Shown: piece by piece, positions 59,384 to 64,000 of the stretch
Numbering within the stretch: position 1 is the stretch's first letter
Layout: each line of letters starts with the position of its first letter
Source of the DNA: Gammaproteobacteria bacterium
GTDB lineage: Bacteria > Pseudomonadota > Gammaproteobacteria > Pseudomonadales > Azotimanducaceae
Length of the DNA stretch: 64,000 nt
Reading direction: 5' to 3'
Assembly: GCA_026707905.1 (NCBI GenBank)
Contig: JAPOVY010000104.1
Location: forward strand, 3,413 to 67,412
Made by a program: the position numbers and the translations under genes
The notes under the pieces: model-generated
The model's input: the letters and a program-made list of their open reading frames with translations, nothing else
Told to the model about the DNA's origin: nothing
The model's database searches: none

Positions 59384-61522
59384 CTAAGCGGCGCTCGCTA
59401 GTGACGCTCGAAATCTTGGCAACTGTACGGTAATCAAAACACCGGACTGATCACGTAAATTGAACGCGTGTACGGTACCTCCGTGATACTCTGCAATCAC
59501 GCGCACGATATATAGTCCAAGGCCGAAGTGCGACGTTGATTTACTGCTGCGTCGACTGACCAAACGTTCAAACATCAGATGAGCACTCTCGCCGAGTGTG
59601 GGTCCTCGGTTACCAACCGTGATTCGTATGAGATTGTCAAACACCTCAAGTTGAATCTTGATCTGACTGTTTGGTCGGTGAAAATCGACTGCGTTATCGA
59701 CAATCTTGTCCATCATTTGCTCGATGTGAATGTCCGATCCTGAAACCATCGCAGGTTCCTTAACGCCACTGAACACAAACAACGGTGAATCGCGACCACG
59801 GTTTAAGTTCTCGACATAGCTTTTCAGAAGTGCCTGAACATCAAACGATTCGCGCTCTTCGTTTCGCAGAGCGTCTTCGAGATTAGACGCGTCCGCAAGG
59901 TTTTGCACGATTGCGCCTATGCGTTGGACACCTCGTTGCGCACTGTTGATGCACTCTTCGCGTTCGGCTTTAGTCTCTGCCTGTTCAAGGTTTTCGAGTG
60001 ACGTACTAAGGGTATTAAGTGGGTTATTCACTTCGTGACGTAATGTTCGCGGCATGCGCTCGACAAACGCACTGTGTTCTCTAAGTCGTGTCAACATGCC
60101 GTCGATGGCGCGAGCTAGATCGCCAATTTCATCTCCAGCATGTACCTCAGACTCTAGCGATGTTCGAGTAAGACGGCCGTATTCGTCGATCGCACCTGCT
60201 GCCTCTCGTCGTAACCGTCGAATTCGATAGGCTAAACGGGCGGAGAAACCGACCGTTACCGCTAAGACCAAGAGTAGCGTTAACCCGGAAACAAAGACGA
60301 TATGGCGTAGTGCGGCCTGTTGGAACGACAGGATCTGATTGATGTCGGATTCGATCGTGACAGCTCCCAGTGTTTCGTTCCGTGATCGAATGGGATACGC
60401 TGCCATGACCGTCGGCATTCCAACATCTGACAGGTGCCGAATCGCCGTGGGGTTTCCACTCAATGCATCTTCAAGCGCACGATTGAATCGTTCTCGGGAG
60501 TCAGCTACCGATAACTCGGTCCACGTTTCGCCTAGAGTTAAGAGATGGATTAGAGGTCGAATAAACTCGAAGCCGCTCATTAGTCCGGTCGAATTGGTGC
60601 TTTCGGTCGCACGGGTGGTAGTACTAGCATCGCTCTCGCCACGAACACGTTGTTGTTGATCGTATACGACTATCTTCGTGTCAACATATTCAAGACCAGC
60701 AATGAGGTCCATCGACTCAATCGATCGCAACACGACCAAGTTGAGCTTCTTGCCCGCAGATGAGGCAGTCGTCGAAACGATTTCGCGTTGAATTCGTGAA
60801 GCTGAATCGTCGACATCGACAAACGCGAGATTGAAATCTCGCCCGTGAGCCATCTTCGCAATGGGCATGCGAAATTCAACGTGAAAGCCATCGTTACTCC
60901 GAATCAGTGAGGCAATCACGTCGTTGATAGGTGTCCATTCGATTGGCGTTCGCCAATCACTCGCCATGCGATAGCCTGTACCGAATCCTTCTGTGGAGAA
61001 AGTCAGCGCAATGCGGGCACGTTGACCTGTCGCATCGGTGAATTCAATCCGGATGTGGTCTGCGGTATTGAGACTCAGTTCGGACAGGTTTCGATATACA
61101 GCGATATCGTCCTTAATGTCAATAAAACCATAAAGCTCATTGACTTGCTCACCGAGCGTCAGTTCAAACGACGCATCTGTTTCCCCCTGGGCGGCAAATC
61201 TACGGTTGCTTTTAAGCGCATCTTCATCCCAATCCCCAATTGAACCGTCAATTGGGATCGGCTGATAGAGTGGCAGAGCGTAGAGTGACTCATATTCATC
61301 CAATTGCACAGGGAGTTCATTGAAAAGGTCGTCGCGCTCGTTGAATAGGGCGGCGACGCCGCGAGCAATGAGCAGCTGCGCGTTTTGTTGTCCTTGGATT
61401 AGAAGCCGTTCCATCTCGACTAACTGCACATAGGACAACCAAGGTACGGCTAATAGCACGAGCCCTATGAGGAGGAGCTTGCTGACTAGTCGAGGACCGC
61501 GAATCCTCCCGCTTGACGCCAT
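59384..61522 (-). CDS. Sensor histidine kinase with a large periplasmic domain
   Basis: 712 aa. TM1 is LLLIGLVLLAVPWL, followed by a periplasmic region of about 370 aa and TM2 (VSGLTLLLVLAVTVGF). It has an H-box LRHEVNNPLN, an N-box DNAVDF and a G2 box GLGLYIVRVIAEYHGG. Confidence 0.88.
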   Translation of the reverse strand: MASSGRIRGPRLVSKLLLIGLVLLAVPWLSYVQLVEMERLLIQGQQNAQLLIARGVAALFNERDDLFNELPVQLDEYESLYALPLYQPIPIDGSIGDWDEDALKSNRRFAAQGETDASFELTLGEQVNELYGFIDIKDDIAVYRNLSELSLNTADHIRIEFTDATGQRARIALTFSTEGFGTGYRMASDWRTPIEWTPINDVIASLIRSNDGFHVEFRMPIAKMAHGRDFNLAFVDVDDSASRIQREIVSTTASSAGKKLNLVVLRSIESMDLIAGLEYVDTKIVVYDQQQRVRGESDASTTTRATESTNSTGLMSGFEFIRPLIHLLTLGETWTELSVADSRERFNRALEDALSGNPTAIRHLSDVGMPTVMAAYPIRSRNETLGAVTIESDINQILSFQQAALRHIVFVSGLTLLLVLAVTVGFSARLAYRIRRLRREAAGAIDEYGRLTRTSLESEVHAGDEIGDLARAIDGMLTRLREHSAFVERMPRTLRHEVNNPLNTLSTSLENLEQAETKAEREECINSAQRGVQRIGAIVQNLADASNLEDALRNEERESFDVQALLKSYVENLNRGRDSPLFVFSGVKEPAMVSGSDIHIEQMMDKIVDNAVDFHRPNSQIKIQLEVFDNLIRITVGNRGPTLGESAHLMFERLVSRRSSKSTSHFGLGLYIVRVIAEYHGGTVHAFNLRDQSGVLITVQLPRFRASLASAA

Positions 61523-61537
61523 GACGTTGTCAAAAAG

Positions 61538-62236
61538 CTAGCTGCTCGACCAACGGTAACCGAGACCGTACTCACTCTTGATCGCCGCGAACTGCGGGTC
61601 GACGCTCTCGAATTTCTTACGGATATTGCGCATATGTGTGTTAATCGTGTTGGTCGTTACAACGTTGTGCATAGTGGCTTCTTTGAGATTTTCGTAACTT
61701 ACGGCTGATCCCGGCGGCGCGACCAGTCTTGCAAGCATTCGAAATTCCGTCCCGGAGAGATTTATCTGCTCATTGTCCCATGAGACTAGCAAACTCTCAT
61801 TGTCGATGGTCAGTTTACCGATCGTTTTAGATTGTGAAAGGTCCGGTTCAGGTTCGAGGCGTGCTTCGTGTATTCGTATGAGTGACGATATACGTGCCAC
61901 AAGGTAATCCAATGAAATCGGCTTCGGTAGGTAGTCCCATGCTCCTAGTCGTAGACCGTTTATTTTGTCGTTTTCGTTAATTCGTTCGGTAAGAAAAATA
62001 ATGGGTAGCTTGGGGAATCGAGTTAGGAGATCCGCGCATAGATCAAAGCCACCGTCTTCGTCATCACCGAGAATGATGTCGAGTACGGCGAGATCGGGTT
62101 TCGTGTTTTCGAGCCCTTCGAGTGCTGACCGTCGGTCGGTGAATTCGATCACGTCGTAGCCTTTCTTTTCGATAGCGTTTCGATAGTTCTTGCGTTGATC
62201 GATTTCGTCTTCGACGATCGCGATTGTGTGCGGCAT
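61538..62236 (-). CDS. OmpR-family response regulator
   Basis: 232 aa with a receiver domain (IAIVEDE...LAVLDIILG) and a winged-helix output (LSGTEFRMLARL...GLGYRW). It lies directly upstream of the kinase gene. Confidence 0.9.
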   Translation of the reverse strand: MPHTIAIVEDEIDQRKNYRNAIEKKGYDVIEFTDRRSALEGLENTKPDLAVLDIILGDDEDGGFDLCADLLTRFPKLPIIFLTERINENDKINGLRLGAWDYLPKPISLDYLVARISSLIRIHEARLEPEPDLSQSKTIGKLTIDNESLLVSWDNEQINLSGTEFRMLARLVAPPGSAVSYENLKEATMHNVVTTNTINTHMRNIRKKFESVDPQFAAIKSEYGLGYRWSSS

Positions 62237-62359
62237 GTGGCGTAAAAGTGATTACTACGGCAGATTAGACCTGTGCAAGGGTACCAAAATTCAATATGCG
62301 ATTGAGTGACTAAGTGTGACGAGGTTTGGCCGTGTGAGGCTTAGTTTAGGAATGTTGCT

Positions 62360-62893
62360 GTGACGACTGGTGACTCGCATTTGGTATCCATTGTTGGACC
62401 AGAGTCGACAGGTAAGACTACGTTGGCACGAGAACTCGCAAGCGTGCAGAACGGCGTGTGGCTACCGGAATACGCGCGTGAATTCCTCGCGGACATCCAT
62501 TACACCGAGAAGCAAGTGCATGATGTCGCACATGAACAGCTGCATCGCGAACAGGATTTCGTGCGAGCCAAACCACGCTTTGGCGTCCTGGATACAGATG
62601 GGGTGGTATTACGAATTTGGTTTGAAGAGAAATTTGGCTACGTTCCAGATTACATAGATCGACACCTGGAACACCAGGTTGCGAGAACCTATTTACTTAC
62701 TTACCCGGATTTGCCATGGGCATTTGATCCACAACGTGAGTCGAAGACGGATCTACCGCGTCTTTTCAAGATATATGAACGGGTACTGTACGAACTGAAG
62801 TTTGACTTTTCTATCGTTCAGGGCACAGGACGTGAGCGCGTGCGCTGTGCAATTGATTGCCTTCAAATGACGGGAGTGATTTGCGATCACTAA
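62360..62893 (+). CDS. NadR-C-terminal-like P-loop ATPase (ribosylnicotinamide-kinase-like)
   Basis: 177 aa with IVGPESTGKTTLARELA followed by WLPEYAREF, the pattern of the NadR kinase domain / AAA ATPase family. Confidence 0.62.
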   Translation: MTTGDSHLVSIVGPESTGKTTLARELASVQNGVWLPEYAREFLADIHYTEKQVHDVAHEQLHREQDFVRAKPRFGVLDTDGVVLRIWFEEKFGYVPDYIDRHLEHQVARTYLLTYPDLPWAFDPQRESKTDLPRLFKIYERVLYELKFDFSIVQGTGRERVRCAIDCLQMTGVICDH

Positions 62894-62910
62894 GGAGCTT
62901 TCAGATCGGC

Positions 62911-63711
62911 TCAAACTCTTCCAGTAACCAAACGTTGAATCTCGATCTCGGTGTCGTACTTCTGCTTAACGATGCCTTCGTGATCACTGCCGTGACGTAG
63001 TCGATCCAACGCCCAGGCGTGTTCGCGGATTTGATAGAGAATGCGGGTACGTCGAACGTGTTCGGCATCGAAGTGTGGGTCGTAACCACTAATGCACCTT
63101 TCGAAGTCCGTATCGCCAAATTCCAATCCATAGCACAGACCGACGACATCGAAAATTGGGTCGTTGTCGCCTGCAGACTCCCAATCAAGCGTACAGAAAC
63201 CTGTAGGGGTCTTGATGACATTCCAGTCATTAAGCTCGTTGTGACAACCACAGAGTCGCTGTGGCTCCCATCGTAGTGAGTGATAGATCGATTCGAGTGT
63301 TTCAGAGAGCCGGAGGCCCTTCAGGTAACCGTCAATAATGGGTTCAACTCGGTAGGTCCGGATACCACCCGGTATCTTTGAATGAAGCTCAAGCATGTAT
63401 GTCGCCGCTACCTCAGGCGTTATGGGTGAGTTGACGAGTAGCTCGCCTTGAACGAATCCGGTGACCATATCGCCACGGGTCCGGTCATATGCCAGAACTT
63501 CGGGAGCTAACGGGTTTTCGAGGTACATATATTCGCGGTCTGGCGCGACGGACTGCGGATTCTTGAGACGCAGCACGGCATCGACACCGTCGACGCGTAG
63601 AACGTAGTTTCGGTTGCTCCAACCACCTTCGAGATATTCGATGACCTCGATCTGGCGAGCGTCGGGTAATAACTCCCGTGCACGATCTATAACTTCTGTA
63701 GCGCCCTTCAT
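62911..63711 (-). CDS. Choline/thiamine-kinase-like phosphotransferase
   Basis: 266 aa with GGWSNRNYVL near the N-terminus, the catalytic region CHNELNDWNV and LDWESAG. Confidence 0.7.
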   Translation of the reverse strand: MKGATEVIDRARELLPDARQIEVIEYLEGGWSNRNYVLRVDGVDAVLRLKNPQSVAPDREYMYLENPLAPEVLAYDRTRGDMVTGFVQGELLVNSPITPEVAATYMLELHSKIPGGIRTYRVEPIIDGYLKGLRLSETLESIYHSLRWEPQRLCGCHNELNDWNVIKTPTGFCTLDWESAGDNDPIFDVVGLCYGLEFGDTDFERCISGYDPHFDAEHVRRTRILYQIREHAWALDRLRHGSDHEGIVKQKYDTEIEIQRLVTGRV

Positions 63712-63759
63712 CTAGGATCGCAATCGAATCTTCAACGATCAACTCATAATACTTGGCGA

Positions 63760-64000
63760 ATGGAAGTCACCTTCACGCAATTTGTGCGCGCCCTCCGGAA
63801 AGCAAGTATCCGCGTATCGCCAGCGGAAACGCTGGACGCGTTTGCCATCATTAATCGTATCGGCATTTCCGACCGTGATTTTCTTAAGAACGCACTTGGT
63901 CTAGCGCTAGCGAAAACCTTGCCAGAAAAACTCGCATTCGATGATACGTTTGAGCGGTTCTTCGAACAACTAGGTTTTCGCGAGCCACCAAAACGCGCCA
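63760..64000 (+). CDS. Start of a CoxE-like VWA-domain protein (3' end outside window)
   Basis: ATG 63760 is open to the window edge: MEVTFTQFVRALRKASIRVSPAETLDAFAIINRIG...FDDTFERFFEQL. This resembles the N-terminal region of VWA_CoxE proteins. Only 80 codons are visible. Confidence 0.45.
   Translation, partial: MEVTFTQFVRALRKASIRVSPAETLDAFAIINRIGISDRDFLKNALGLALAKTLPEKLAFDDTFERFFEQLGFREPPKRA

Overview
This is a 64-kb chromosomal segment of a Gammaproteobacterium, with gene order closest to what I know from Pseudomonas and E. coli.

Positions 1-33,920 are a tightly packed housekeeping block. On the + strand it runs bamA (3' end)-skp-lpxD-fabZ-lpxB-rnhB-dnaE-tilS-pyrG-kdsA-eno-ftsB-truD-pcm-DUF368-nlpD. 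On the - strand come ptrB, fdxA, a small secreted protein, a kinase/class-III aminotransferase pair and mutS. Then follow recA-recX (+), an S9 peptidase (-), alaS-lysC-csrA (+) and adjacent tRNA-Arg(ACG) and tRNA-Ser(GCU). The order is collinear with the classical arrangement, but lpxA, accA, ispD, ispF, surE and rpoS are missing from their usual slots. Many junctions are overlapping start/stop codons.

From 33,921 onward the content looks accessory:
- a decayed IS481/rve-type transposase relic next to the tRNAs, a CPBP protease, a P-loop kinase and a tannase/feruloyl-esterase-family hydrolase;
- an iron locus: fbpB / fbpC-fbpA, piuC, a Gly/Glu-repeat protein, an IorAB-type molybdoenzyme and a TonB-dependent receptor;
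- an acyl-CoA dehydrogenase, pyruvate kinase and a TauE exporter;
- a secreted MORN-repeat protein abutting a membrane-spanning kinase-like protein with degenerate ATP-site motifs;
- an MBL hydrolase, an OmpR-type two-component system, a NadR-like ATPase, a ThiK/choline-kinase-like protein and the start of a CoxE-like VWA protein.

I saw no rRNA, CRISPR array, prophage, intact IS or recognisable defence or toxin-antitoxin system, and I cannot point to a clear-cut new system. The best candidates for follow-up are:
- the MORN/pseudokinase pair (55.4-58.4 kb);
- the Gly/Glu-repeat protein whose start codon overlaps that of divergent piuC (44.6 kb);
- a perfect 16-bp hairpin inside the 5' end of the TonB-receptor ORF (48.5 kb);
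- the structured 450-bp gene-free region upstream of pyk;
- the systematic absence of six otherwise conserved genes from a syntenic core block.

All functional calls rest on motif and family recognition by eye, not on database searches.
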